DNA of 64,000 bases from Octopus sinensis (lineage: Eukaryota), in contig NC_042998.1 of the NCBI RefSeq assembly GCF_006345805.1, positions 1,984,001 through 2,048,000 on the forward strand, given 5' to 3'. Below, one piece after another: positions 13,119 through 26,252 of the stretch; positions within the stretch are counted from its first letter, which is position 1, and each line of letters begins with the position of its first letter. Made by a program: the position numbers and the translations under genes. The notes under the pieces were generated by a model that was given only the letters and a program-made list of their open reading frames with translations, was not told the origin of the DNA and made no database searches.

Positions 13119-14754
13119 CTAGAAAATATAAAGAAAATGAATTTAAAGTAAAATCAGTCAAAGTTCTTTACACTTCTTAAATACAATATACATGTAGAGA
13201 TGGAAAAACAAGGAACATTGTGTGCAATAAATCTATTCATTAATTGTCCTTATATGATATACAAATTACATTCACAATACTGCTGTTAAATAAGCTTAAT
13301 CCTTTATTGATTAAGGGATAAATATGTGGTTAAGAAGTTTATTTTCCAACCACATGGTTTTGGGTGCAAGTCCCACGACACCTTGAGCAAACATCTACTA
13401 TAACCTCAGACTGACCAAAGCTTCATGAGTAGATTTAATAGATGGAAACTGAAAGAAGCCCATTGTGTGTGTGTGTGTGTGTGTGCATAAATGTATGTAT
13501 GTATATGTCTATGTATGTCTGTATCACCTTGCTTTGATACTGCATGACAGCTGTAAATGAGAGCCACTATCAATCATTTTGCCTGATATTGGGAAAAAAT
13601 TAGCTTACTTAGAAAAAGTAAGGGTTGGTAACAAGGACATTCAACTGTAGAAAATTGACCTCAACAAACTCTGTCCAATCTCTTCAAGTATGGAAAAGTG
13701 GACATTAAAATAATGATGACTAATGATTTACACAAGAGTTCAGAGATATTGCTTCTGTTGTCATAGTTAATCTTCAAATCAAGGATGTCATTTTCCAGCA
13801 GGTTTATATGACAGAGCATTCTCTTGTTACACACCAGTATATTAGAACACTATTCCGAATCAAATTGTATTCAGATTGTGTAGCTTCTTTTTAACTCCGG
13901 TACAAGATTTATTGGCATGATGTAGTCAAACATTTTTTCAAAAAAATAAATAAAAGCACAAGCAGAGCAGAATATTTTATTGTGACTGATTCTCAGACTG
14001 GTTTGAAGAATAAGTCCATTATTCACCATACTTTGATATGATTTATAAATTTTCCTATCACCACGATGCTCTCTCTCTCTCTCTCTCTCTAGTTTCCCAC
14101 TTACCCCAGGCTTTTCATAATCATGATCACAGTCAATCTCAGATACTCACACAAGCCTCAAATTTACTAAAAAATATTAAACATTCCTTCACTGATGCCA
14201 GCGAGTAGATTATTGTCATGCTGAGGCCCCACCCTCAAGATAAGTAAAAAAATAAAACGTAGTACATATATTTGTTAGAAAGAGATGATTTTTTCCATCC
14301 TTGTCCAGTACAGTGATAAATGTCTCTCTTTTTCTTGGCAGTACAAGTCGTATGATATTTCTAAGTATTTGAGATGACGTTACATGTTATCCGTTGTTCT
14401 TTAGGGGGTAGTATCTTTTATAGAAATAACATAAAAGCAGAATCCAAAGCTAGAAATACGATGGATATAGACTATAAAAATGCAAGGATTCGGTTTCAAA
14501 TTTTGGTACAAGGCCAATAATTTCGGTGGAGGGGGTAAATCGATTACATCGATCCCAGTGTTCGACTGGTACTTATTTTATCGACCCCGAAAGCATAAAA
14601 GGCAAAGTGGACCTCAGCGGAATTTGAACTTAGATCGTAAAACCAGACGAAATACTGCTAAGCATTTTGTCCGGCACCGTAACGATTCTGCCACCTTAAA
14701 TTCATATATTGTTATATATCACATGAAATAGTTGAAATTTAAAAAATACATTAC

Positions 14755-15849
14755 CTCGTATAATGAGTACCAAAACGCTCGTCCACCTCGAGATCTTTGC
14801 CGATGTTTGAGCACCTGAATTAACATCGTCCACATCTCTTTGACACAGGTACACGTAAACGGGGATACTTTGGTGTAGTCAGAAAATGCAAGATTAGAAA
14901 AACGCTGGCAAGCAATTGCCGACAAGTCCCATAAGATAAAATTCACAATTCTTTGAAATGCATCTGGTTCGATTTCATCCGTAGGTACCAAATGAGACCC
15001 ACAATGTAACATTTCTGATGTGATTTCAAAATTGTGATCAGGACACAAATCAACAATACGGAAGACTAGTTCCATGGTGGACCAATATATATCCAGATGC
15101 ATATGCAAAGTGTGATAAAATCCTGAACCACCTTTGCTTCCATGGCGACAGGTACTGTTTTGGAGGAAGTGCCTTGGTAATTCGGAGATGGGTCCAATGT
15201 GTTGCAACGATAACTGAATGTTATGAAATAATTGTTGAAGAAAAACATGGTTATTAGTTTCCTCGGGAATGTTACAATCACTCGACGGGTCATTTCTCAG
15301 ACTCGAAGGAACATATTTCTGTAAATAATAATTGATGTAATCCAAAAAAGTTTTAATTTGCTCTCGTTGACTTAACAGTTCTCTACTTTGGTGGGAATTG
15401 ACTTCTCCCATTCTGAGAGTGTCTCTCTCGGCGTTGTTGACAACATGATTGATTGACTGTCTAAACAATAAAAACAAACGTTCAGGGTGGAAATCTAATG
15501 CGGTTCTAACGGAATATTTAAAACCAAACAACCAGATCCAGTTAGAACATGTGTTTCTGTCAACAGGTGGGTTCACCTCGTTCATACAAACGTCATCGTC
15601 GTCGTCTAAAAACCCAACAGGTTTCTGCTGAGTTTGCAGCTGTGGAGATGTTGAAGCACTGACCTGGGTGTGTTGGAAGAAATCTTTCAGGGTACCTTTG
15701 CTAAGATAACTCTCAGGATGAAAATCGTCCAGACAGTTCGGGTTGACTTCGCCATTACAAACAAACATAACAAGCGGACGAATAGGTAAGGTGGTGATGG
15801 TGGTTGTAGAAACCCGATGAGTTCCGAATGAACCATTGCTCTGAGGCAT
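14755..15849 (-). CDS. MMS22L: MMS22-like protein, exon 1 (365 codons)
   Basis: ATG at 15849; donor GAG|GTAATG at 14755/14754. Motifs PESYLSKGTLK, LFLLFRQ, IGPISELP, HTLHMHLDIYW and CTCVKEMWTMLIQVLKHR match the MMS22L N-terminus as I recall it. Confidence 0.9.
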
Positions 15850-15875
15850 GGCGCGCCTTTCACAACAAATCCAAA

Positions 15876-15883
15876 TTTCCCGC
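15876..15883 (+). promoter_or_regulatory. E2F-consensus site (TTTCCCGC) just upstream of the MMS22L start
   Basis: Exact TTTSSCGC match 27 bp upstream of the ATG, next to GGCGCGCC. Confidence 0.4.
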
Positions 15884-16009
15884 TTTCTTTTAGTACCGGA
15901 GAGTTATTTCCCCTTTCGGTCGAACTGGAAAAAATATTTCCTTCCATTCTCGCACTTTAACATTTTCTCCTCTCTTCCCTCATTAAATCTATGTGCATCT
16001 ATCATTTTT

Positions 16010-16226
16010 TATGTTTTTATTCGTTTCAGTCATTAGATTGCAGCCATGCTGGGACACCGTCTCGAAGAATTTGTGGTCGAATAAATCGACCCCAGTACTA
16101 ATGCCTAGTATTTATACTATCGGTTTTTTTTTGCCGAACCGCTAAGTTACGGCTGCGTAAACACAACAATACCCGTTGTCAAATGGTGGCGGGGGACAAA
16201 CACAAAGACACACACACCACACATAC

Positions 16227-16295
<69 letters not shown>

Positions 16296-16459
16296 CATAC
16301 ACGACGAGCTTTATTCAGTTTCCGTCTACCAATTCCACTCACAAGGCTTTGGTTGCCCCCAGGCTATAGTACAAGAGACTTGCCAAAGGTGCCTTGCAAT
16401 GGGATTGAACCTGGAACCATGTGGTTGGGATGCAAGCCTCTTACAACACAGTCACGCCT
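16010..16459 (-). mobile_element. tRNA-derived SINE, family 1, with an expanded (TA)n
   Basis: Reverse-complement copy. Partial copies at about 965-1090, 6282-6538, 6898-7027, 13320-13465, 24445-24545 and 61143-61260. Confidence 0.8.
16228..16292. repeat. (TA)n microsatellite
   Basis: Visible directly in the sequence. Confidence 0.95.
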
Positions 16460-16630
16460 ATAAATATATATTTCGTTTCACTTAGCTCGCTAACGCTCCA
16501 ATTAAATGGATTTTCATCACAAATTTCCTTCGCCAATATAAAAAAAATATATATTTAATTCCAAACTAACATGTAAATTGTATATTTAGGGTTTTTTTCT
16601 GTGTGAATTTATGATATATGAACAGATTAA

Positions 16631-16748
16631 GACACTACTTAAATACAGGGGTCCCGATGCATCTATGTAACGATATGTTTTTACAGTGCACACTCGTTAG
16701 GGTTAGGGTTACGTAGAGGCGTCGGGACCTTTGTATTTAAGTAGTATC
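16631..16748. mobile_element. 118-bp MITE with 41-bp TIRs, 8-bp TSD and internal TTAGGG repeats
   Basis: TSD CAGATTAA at 16623-16630 and 16749-16756; TIR GA(C/T)ACTACTTAAATACA..GGTCCCGA..GTAAC. Confidence 0.8.
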
Positions 16749-18576
16749 CAGATTAAAATCAATTACTCTTTTAGGATGAATGTTGCAGTTGAGCTGACAT
16801 GCTTAAAGAAATTAAAAGCAAGACGCAAGACATTTAGTCGAACTAACCCCAGCTTATACCTGCTTAACCCAACAGAAATTGTGCCAAAAGATTTTATATA
16901 CATGTGTATTTATTTATTTAACATATCAAAACGTTCCCAGAAAGTAAGGCTTGCGAACGTTGCAGGAATAGATATCACAGCAAGTTATACACTTTACTCT
17001 TCGTCTGTTCTTGAAAGTTATAGGCGGTGCTCCAGCATGACTTCAGTCCTACGACTGAAACCATTAAAGGAAAAGCTAACTATATAAATTGTTCTTGCTA
17101 CTTACAAAAGTCGCTTGCGTAGAGTAGATTTACAATTAGGTGCACAGAATATAAAAAGCTAAACATCTGCAGCTCAAGAATTGATATTTAAACTAGTGAA
17201 CTTCCCACCGGCACTGAGTATGTCAACAACTTGACCAAATGCAACTCTCTGTTGGTACTTAATTCCTAGGAATATATAGTTCTGTACAGCACCCAAAAAC
17301 AGTTTCTGAAATTTTAATCGATTGCTTCTTTTCATCCGAATTTCCTCCATCTTCTATTCCCGGGTGAGTCGTGGGGGTAGAGTCCTCAGACATTTCTTCT
17401 ATTATGTCCTATCAGAAGCACCTGTCATTAGACTTTGCAGCTGGATTCCATGTTTTAACACTGTACGTCTACACGAAATGTACGTTGCTTTCCCTAACTC
17501 TCTGGCATTTAAACCAACCATATCTAGACAAAATATCCCTGTTTTATGTTCAGATCAGTCAGATCCAGCCTCTCACACCTATCCAACAATGCCATTCTAA
17601 AAATATAGTCACTCATTGAAATCTCAAATAATGCATAGTTAATTCAAAATAGTGTGAATAAGCATTTCATTTGACAGAGTAATTTGAATGCCAAAGGGTT
17701 GAAGACCATATTCGATCCCATACTACAGCTATACTTTCCCAAAATGCCAATTAATTGTTATTATTAGTTATCCCCTGAAGGCGGTGACCTGGCGGAATCG
17801 TTAGCACGCCGGACAAAATGCTTAACCGCATTTCGTCCGCCTTTACGTTCTAACTTCAAATTCTGCCAAGGTCAACTTTGCCTTTCATCTTTTCGGGGTC
17901 GATAAAATAAGTATCCATTGAGCACTGGGGTCGATGTAATCGACTAAACCCTCTCCCAAACTTCAGGTCCTGTGTCTACTGTAGAAAAGATTATTAGTTA
18001 TCGTCCCCCACCACCACCTTTTTTTTTTTTTAAACTTCTAAGCACGGATGCTTTGTCTATTCTTTGTATTGGTAATCTTAGTTAAGCGAAGTTTTACATC
18101 TCACTATATTACACATGTGAGCCTCTACCATATTTGTGTAGAAAACAGGTCATCCCCACCACCCCTTAAAGAATTTTCCCTCGGCCATATTGCAATGCAT
18201 CTTTCCTTAATCATGTCTGTTTTCTTTTCGTCTAATTTTTACATTCTGCAATGTATTTTTCCATTCCATTTGCTCTCAGATTTACAAAGAACGGACCAAT
18301 TGAAGCACTTGGTGCTAGAGTGATTTTTTTTTTTTTTTTTTCGAAAATAGATATTTAACGGCATACCTGAAGAATGCTCCTCCCCCCCCCACCATTCCTA
18401 CCACGACTTTGTTTTCTCATAACTTTCAGAGAAATAGATATTTCTTTTAATGAAATTTTTCGGGGTCGATTCGTTCGACTTAAATTCTCCAAACAGTACC
18501 CCAGCACAACCGCAGTCTAATGACTTGAAACAAGTAAAAAAAAAAAAAAAATTATTATCTTTTAGATGGGTTAGAT

Positions 18577-18899
18577 CAGGGGTTCTCAACCTTTTTTTTT
18601 TCTTTTTATCTAATGGGTCCCCTTTGATTGCTCTTTTATTCTGTTGGACCCCCGTTGCCGTTCTATGTTTAAAAACTAGTTTTATAGAATATTATTATTT
18701 TTTTCCACACATTAATTTGTGTAGGTTCAACTATATAAATATTAGAGAAAAATCTAACTGTTTCTTGCAATACATACCAATACCTATGTCAACTGGAAAA
18801 TTTTTTCAGGGACCCTTAAAATACTATTGTGAATCCTCAATTTACTATTTTGTTGTGTGGACCCTCGGGGGCCATATGAACCCCAGTTGAGAACCACCG
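18577..18899. mobile_element. hAT (Charlie-like) MITE
   Basis: TIRs CAGGGGTTCTCAAC / GTTGAGAACCACCG; imperfect 8-bp TSD ggttagat/gtgtagat. Confidence 0.75.
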
Positions 18900-21425
18900 G
18901 TGTAGATTATATCGGAATTTGATGTGAAGAAGTTGGTGGCCACGCGCACACACCATATATATCTGTATGTATGTATACAAAATGAAACTTGAAATTAAAA
19001 AAAATATTATGTCTGTGCGCCCACCAATTTCGCCCCTCCCCATTAAATTTCGATTTAAGGTATCTGTAAAAAATTTCATTAAAAAAAATTCATTCTGAAA
19101 ATTATGAGAAAACAAAGTCGGGGGGAGGGTTACACACTCGTATAAGGTGTGCTGCACTTAACAGCACTTCAACACACATTCTAAAACCACACATTTATGA
19201 GGTTTGACATACGATATTTATCTTTTATTTTCTCTTGATACTTACCAACACTTAATTCGAGACAATCTCAAATATGTAAGCAATGTATGTCAAATTTTAA
19301 TTAAAATCAAGGCAATTGATTTCCTTGAAAAGCAAAAGGAATATAGTGTTCTGATCTTTACTCAATTCGCTAACCATTTACTTTTATAGGAATTATACAA
19401 GATCATTTTTGAGCGAATGAGGTATTGTAAGCCTAATGAAACCATATATACACCATTTTCCATAAATATTTGTACATTTTCCAGACATGGATCTTTTCTT
19501 TTCCCCGCTGAATTTTTGTTCAGGGTTTGTTTGTCACAGAAATAACAGCCGAAGCAAATCTTCCTCAATTCGCATTGCATGTTGTCTCATGTACATTATA
19601 TCAGAGGTTAAAAGTCAAGATAATTTAGACTGGAACGCTTTTGATCATAGGTTTTGCTCGATCAGTTCTGTCCTGGGGCTAAACAAATACTTGCCTATTG
19701 TTTTGCGATATTTCTAAACCAACTTCGGTTTTGTATCCTAATTGAAAGTAATACACATATATATCTTTTATGATGAATTTGTTAGATCACAGACCCGCCC
19801 GAACAAAATATCAAGGCATCTGTTATACACAGTAGCCTACTAGAAATAAAACCATGTCTACTGTTGTCTGGTGAGGAAATTTGCGCGAGCAAAGATCATT
19901 TTTGACCCACCAAACGTAGTCTCGTTATAACCGTTCTAGGAAAGAACAAACAAGTCTTTATGAGATCGCTCAAATTGCTAGAAATAGCAGCACAATCTTC
20001 GAATCACATCACAATGTCTCGGGGAAAATAAAAGATTACAATGGATAATGAAGTCCAAGGCGCAGGTAAAGAATATGCGAAACCCTAACCACCAGGTGTG
20101 CGTATTCTTTACCTTCACCGAAGTCCTGAATATAGTATCTGAAAATAAAATGGGACAGTTGCATTGAAGACTTTTGACTCTATATCTGATCTCGAACTAA
20201 AAGACCTTTTTATCTAAATGATATCTCAAGCATATTGCTAAGTTACTAGAAGGGGTATTTTTCCCTCCCATTTCTCTGTTCTGTAAAAAAAATCTGAAAA
20301 TTTCTAATTTTTTCGATTGTTACTCCCACCTCAGTTTGGTAGCCACCTTTTCCCTTTCCTCATGAGGAAAGGCAAATGGTAAGCGAACAAATGAGTGCCA
20401 AATACACAGAATTTAAACTTTTCCAAATATTCGCTAGCAAGATTCTACTTTTGATTTTGTAAAAATTGGTTGTTGGCATTACTTTAAGAAAGACTTAATG
20501 TAAAAAAATAAAACGAAAATAACTTAAAATCTGAGAAAGTAGTAATGGTCTGTGGTGGTAAAACGAAAAAAGTTCCTGTGTTGTAAAGGAGTGGTAAGCT
20601 GACCTTTCGAAGAAACATCAGAATTTACCTTTCACGATACAAGAACTTAATGAATTTATAAACGCTCAAATAATTAAATACGTTTGTAAATTAGGTATAA
20701 AAAACTATTTTGAGTTGACAAATTATCTTTAACGATTATTAGAGTAGAATGTATGGCGACATCCTGCTGTTAAGAGTGGGCGAAATGGGACAGACACACT
20801 TAAACGAATTTATACCATATAGTTTGTAATTTGAAAGGTTCGTTATAAAGAGAGGCAAGTGTAAAAGAAGTGAATATCATAAATAAATAAAGGATGAAAT
20901 AACGTGTTGAAATTAGAGCGAATGGCTTCTGGTCCGACGTTGAGTCACGTAGGCAGAGACATTGGGACCAGTTTCGAGCACTGCTTATGTCACTTGGCGC
21001 CAAACTTTTTTGCGGGATGCGTCACGTTGCAACGAGAATTCAAAACCGTAAACCATAGCAACAGAAAATTATAAAATTATTTTAAAAGGTATAATAAATT
21101 TATGAGGTGAATAAATGTGACAGTAAGTTTCTTAATAATACAATATAAGAAAAAAATTAATTTGTTTTAGAAAAATATTAACTGACATACGCATATAAAA
21201 CACATGCGTATAATCTCCAAGTAGGGACTTATTTTTGAAAAGAAACTAACGAAGGCTCTATCATCCTTTTTTTGTTCAATAAAAATTGTAAAAATATTTA
21301 ATAGAAAACCTAAACATTATATTTATGTGTTGAGAGTGTGTTCTTTTTTAATTAGAAAACCGCCGCATGTTGGCGATTTCTGCTGAGCTGCGAGAGTATA
21401 ATCAGTAGCGGCAACGTTTTGCAAG

Positions 21426-21444
21426 ATGTCGGACGCAGACTGGG
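21426..21444 (+). CDS. EIF3J: eIF3 subunit J, exon 1
   Basis: ATG TCG GAC GCA GAC TGG G|gtaagt (MSDADW), in a CpG-rich region. Confidence 0.85.
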
Positions 21445-21645
21445 GTAAGTCGGACCCGAAGCTTTCGGTCAAAACCCGGGCATTCCGAGGGTTTAGAGCC
21501 CTCATTATGCTCATATCATCTCATTACTTTTCACCTCCGTCTCTCTATACTCCACAAAACCGCTTGTTATTGTCGTTTAATCTCGAATTTCTTTGTCTGC
21601 CTCCCATCGTGGGGCACTTCAATATTGTTGGTTCTCTTTTGACAG

Positions 21646-21719
21646 AAAAGGAAGATTTTGATTTCCAACACGTTGTCAGCGACAAATGGGAAGGAGAAGA
21701 CGAAGACGACGACGTCAAA
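21646..21719 (+). CDS. EIF3J: eIF3 subunit J, exon 2
   Basis: gacag| ... |gtgagt; encodes the DKWEGEDEDDDVK hallmark motif. Confidence 0.92.
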
Positions 21720-24700
21720 GTGAGTTCCCAAAACTTATTCCTAAAAAACCATTTCAATCAAAAGAAAAGAAAAAAAATCAAAAAAACCTTTTTTTTCTTT
21801 TTTTTTCTTTTTTTTTCAAAATGGCTGACATTAAGTTTTTGTTTTAATTTTCGATTTTAATTAAGTTTTTAATTGGAATTTCCTTCTCATCCCCACTTAT
21901 AATCATCGTTTGCTTCGAGACGATTCCCCTCCACATTCACTATTAAAACATCCAAGATGTTTATATAAGAATCGAAGATGCCTCGTGGACGTTTTCAGTC
22001 GCCGTAAAAAATCTCCCCAATTCGTCGATTCTCGCTTTTATTTTGGCATCAAAAACTGATTCCAGAAGGAGTTTTTCTAAAATTCCTTCGAAAGGCCTCT
22101 TGAATTAAGATATCTAACAGCCTAAACCAGATTTGAAAGGCAACACATTTAAACAGCTGTGAGATGTTAAACTTTATTCGAGTCGGGAAAAGGTAAGAAT
22201 CGGGGTCGGAGAGAAGAAGACATGTGAGTTCTTCTCTGGCTTTTAATCAGTTTTCTCCAACTCGTTTCAGACCAGAACGATCATCGATCCACTATCCTTG
22301 TCCAGATTAACCTCTCACTTAACATATTTAACGAACTATATATATATATTATATCCCCCAAACAGCACTTTTTCATATTTTATGGATGGTTATATCCGTA
22401 TAATGAGGTTGTAATCCTGTTGCTGGTCGCAGGATGGAATAAACTTTGCCATCAACACGTTTACCTGCTTCGAGCACGATTGCCAAAACAACCGATTCTA
22501 CACCATATTGTGGACTTTGTATATCATATATATATATATATATCGCTACAGTTCGATATCTAATTATGACGATCTTTGCTTTTAGGTGGGTGACTTGATT
22601 AAATTGAATACATTAAATAGTAGATAGAAACCTATTAACGCTTCTTTTGTTTCGCGGCAGCTGTTCTAATAATACAATTGTACGATTTATTTTCTCATTA
22701 ATCTAATTAATGCCGGTTTTAGTTGTCACGTGTAAAACTTTCAAGCTGAAATATGTTTAAAAAAAACGGTCTTATTGGAAAATTTGGTAACTATTTTGTA
22801 CCTTACTGTTTCTTTTCTTTGTCATAACTCGCTTTAAAATAAAACAATTACCAGCTAATTAACTGTATTCCTTCATTGATTGAATCTTCTAGAGTGGTGT
22901 GTCCCGTTCGAACAATCTAGCTTCGTTGATGTAAAATTCTTCTGCTTTCTACGACTTAAGAAACCGAGATACTCTGTTGATTTAGTGATTTAAACAATGG
23001 TTATAGATTTCAGGAAGTTAAATAGTACAACTAAATCGCCAAAATATAGAGCCTTCATTCTCCGATGTCTCTCTCGATTGTGTGTGTGAAATCTTCAGAT
23101 ATTTCGTTCTTAGCCTCAAACGTAAGAACTGGAAGTCGTCACCATCTGTCATACCACTTATTTTGTGCATTACTTTTTAACCGGCATTTAATGTATTTAT
23201 TTATATATATATATATATATAATTTGTAAATCATTTGCTCTGTACAGAATGGGTTCGATGTGACGGTCACAGAATGTTGCGCATATTTTGTAGTCTTTTT
23301 TTTTTATGATCTGCAAACGTTGGTAGTTGCGACCATGCTGTACGTCTGTCTCGGTTCTTTATATCTCACAGATTACACCAAGTATTTTCGTCAGATATTT
23401 AAAACGTAGTATAACCTTTTTTATAAAAAAAATTGTTCCATAATTTTAAAGTATTTGATTTTGTAATAAATCCGGGATGTGAATCTATACGACTCTGATA
23501 CAAAATATAATTTTACTCTTTTTACATGAGATAGTCGTTACATGTCTGTAAGAAGCTTGAAATGAGTTCCATATTCTTGTCTTACCATTCGTTCCCATCA
23601 TCTGGGATATTCACGTTGGTGATATTTATCTAATTAAATTCATCATCTCTAAATCTCTCTACTTTGGTAACATTACCTTTTCTGCTAATTTCTACAGGGT
23701 GACCGATGAGGGAGCCTATGTGGTTGCTTTGTCTGCTAGAAATAGCGGCAAAATTTTCCTCATAACCTGCCATCTTAAAAGGCAACTGTCAGATAATAGC
23801 AGTCCTGGTTAATACTATGACTTTAATAGCTGTGATGGTCATGACTGGAATGTCCTTTGATCATCGTTTGCTTGATGCAAAAAGAAGTAAGTTTAGATTT
23901 TTAGGAGATTAATTTGAAACTACCTGAAATAGTATGTGTATATATATACTGGACATAATAAACTACAAAGTATTACTATCCACTCTACCACATTTGAAAC
24001 ATACCTGTTATATAACACTTTATCGTGATTTGAATGTATGTGAAGGTAGTTAGAATGCTCAAACGTATTTCTGCCAATATGCTGAGCACTGATATTGATC
24101 ATAATTATTGATCAATGAGCGTAGAAGCAAGGTAAATGCAGTAAAAATGGGGGGGGGCTCAAAAACTGAACCTCCTTATAATACTCCTGGGAGTACATCA
24201 TAGTATGAAATTCATTGTCATTGCTCTGATTTGGTCGCCAATGCCATGTATTCAGTTCAAAATGCAGTGAAACTAGGGGGGTTAGTTGCGGCCCTTTAAA
24301 AAATAGACCCCTTGGGACATTCTTTGGGATTAGGGGAGTTGCTGGTTTGAGTTTCGCTGTCCTTGCACCAATGGTCTAGGAGGAATTAGCAAACATAAAA
24401 ATGTAACAGAAACATCACTCAAATTTATAATAGGATATATATTTAGCTTTCCAACCACATGGTTCTGTGTTCAATCTCACTATCTGATTCCCAAACCAAG
24501 CCTTGTGAATGGATTTGGTAGATGGAAACTGAAAGAAGCCCATTGTGTGTGTGCATATTAGTCTCCATGCTTAGACATCCCGTGATAGTTAGAAATGAAT
24601 GTGTCTGTCATGCAATTGGTATCCTTCATTCCCAATCTTCTGAGAAAGACTTGTCTGGTCATATTACCTTATGTGGAGACAGGTGAAGGTTGGAAACAGG

Positions 24701-24944
24701 ACAGGCATCCAGCTGTCAAAATTCTGTCTGACACATGCAAGCATGGGAAAATGGACATTAAAATGAATATATGTATAATGTATATATATATATATATATA
24801 TATTACGGAGATGTACTCGCATAGCAAGTAATTTGATCTGAGATCGTGTGCTGAAACGAAAACAATTGCAGCGTGGAAGGTGTTTATAAGCCATTTATGA
24901 AACACACAAAAGCCGTTCGATTCACTTCAACATTTAGGTTTAAT

Positions 24945-24992
24945 TTGTCAAAATATTTTCGTCGCTAAAATCCGCGACCTGTTCACTGACAA
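24945..24992 (-). ncRNA. Hammerhead G3:C8 motif in a dispersed copy of the same short element (about 24865-25010)
   Basis: UUGUCA-GUGAACA-G-GUCGC(GGAUUUUA)GCGAC-GAAA-AUAU-UU-UGACAA; perfect stems I and II with a different loop II. Confidence 0.72.
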
Positions 24993-25527
24993 GAATCCGT
25001 GCTGCATCTATATATATATATACAGTGTGTAAAATGGAAAGTTTTATGGTTTTGAGAAATGCAAAATATTTGAATTGCAATATCTTATTGTTCACATTCC
25101 GGCAGCTTTGACCATTCAGACTCTTCTGTCAAATGTAATGCTTATTAATTCACATTGTTTTGAATTAATCATGCATTATCTTGTAGCTTCAGGTGTTTGA
25201 TGTGAGTGTTTATTTTTAGAATGACATAAAGGGTAGGTGTGAACAATCAGATTTGGCCAGTTTGAACACAAAGCATGTAGACTATTTTGGCTGGTTTAAA
25301 TGCTAAAGGGTTAGGGAGCAAAATTAGAAATATTGAATTTCTAAATATCTCAGAGAGACATGAGTAGTGGTGGAGCGATATAGCGGTTGTATACTTTCGA
25401 CATAACGTGACAGTCCTGCAAAGGGAATTACACCACCGCTATTTAGCCCTAGGAAGCATCGACACTTCCTGTGTCCTTATATATATTTACGAAGGGGAGA
25501 CAAGCACCCTCAACAGCTAGGCCTGCA

Positions 25528-25573
25528 TCTAGAGACATGCATGTTTCTGGGTCTTGCCCGTCATCAGTCTAGA
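25528..25573 (-). ncRNA. Canonical-core type I hammerhead ribozyme, inverted twin
   Basis: Exact reverse complement of 26207-26252. Confidence 0.82.
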
Positions 25574-25781
25574 GTAGCTGAAGATACCTGTCTAGACTTC
25601 GTAAATACATATATTTTCTCATTGTGTTCAACGTTTTTTTGGTGTCCTGTACCCATATATGCATGTATATATACATGTAGAGGTAGGTACGTACATGTTT
25701 TATTTATTATATATATATATTTTTTTTTTTTTCAGTGATGTTTATTCACTGATCACCAAAATTAGAATATATATATATATA

Positions 25782-25820
<39 letters not shown>

Positions 25821-25839
25821 CAATGGAATTTGTATCCTT

Positions 25840-26161
25840 GTGGTCCCAGTGCCAGTGGTACATAAGAAAACCATCCGAGCGTGGCCGTTCGCCAGCCTCG
25901 TCTGGCACCTGTGTCGGTGGCACATAAAAACACCATCCGAGCGTGGCCGTCTGCCAGCCTCGCCTGGCACCTGTGTCGGTGGCACATAAAATCACCCACT
26001 ACACTCTCGGAGTGGTTGGCGTTAGGAAGGGCATCCAGCTGTAGAAACACTGCCAGATCTGACTGGTCTGGTGCAGCCTTCGAGCTTGCCAGACCCCAGT
26101 TGAACCGTCCAACGCATGCTAGCATGGAAAGCAGACGTTAAACGATGATGATGATGATGAT
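25840..26161 (+). mobile_element. RTE 3'-end derived repeat
   Basis: Same family, (GAT)n tail at 26143-26161. More copies at about 26481-26627 (-), 27430-27820 (+), 713-960 (-) and 5104-5300 (-). Confidence 0.8.
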
Positions 26162-26206
26162 ATACGAAGTCTAGACAGGTATCTTCAGCTAGCAGGCCTC
26201 TGCTAC

Positions 26207-26252
26207 TCTAGACTGATGACGGGCAAGACCCAGAAACATGCATGTCTCTAGA
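26207..26252 (+). ncRNA. Canonical-core type I hammerhead ribozyme (Penelope-like type)
   Basis: UCUAGA-CUGAUGA-C-GGG(CAAGA)CCC-A-GAAA-CAUGCAUG-UC-UCUAGA; GUC triplet; palindromic stem III ACAUGCAUGU. Confidence 0.82.

Noticed and set aside
16650-16729. Telomerase RNA template (CCCUAACCCUAAC on the minus strand inside a closing helix)
   Set aside because: The loop is too small for a pseudoknot, the tract runs into the stem, and an 8-bp TSD with long TIRs indicates a MITE.
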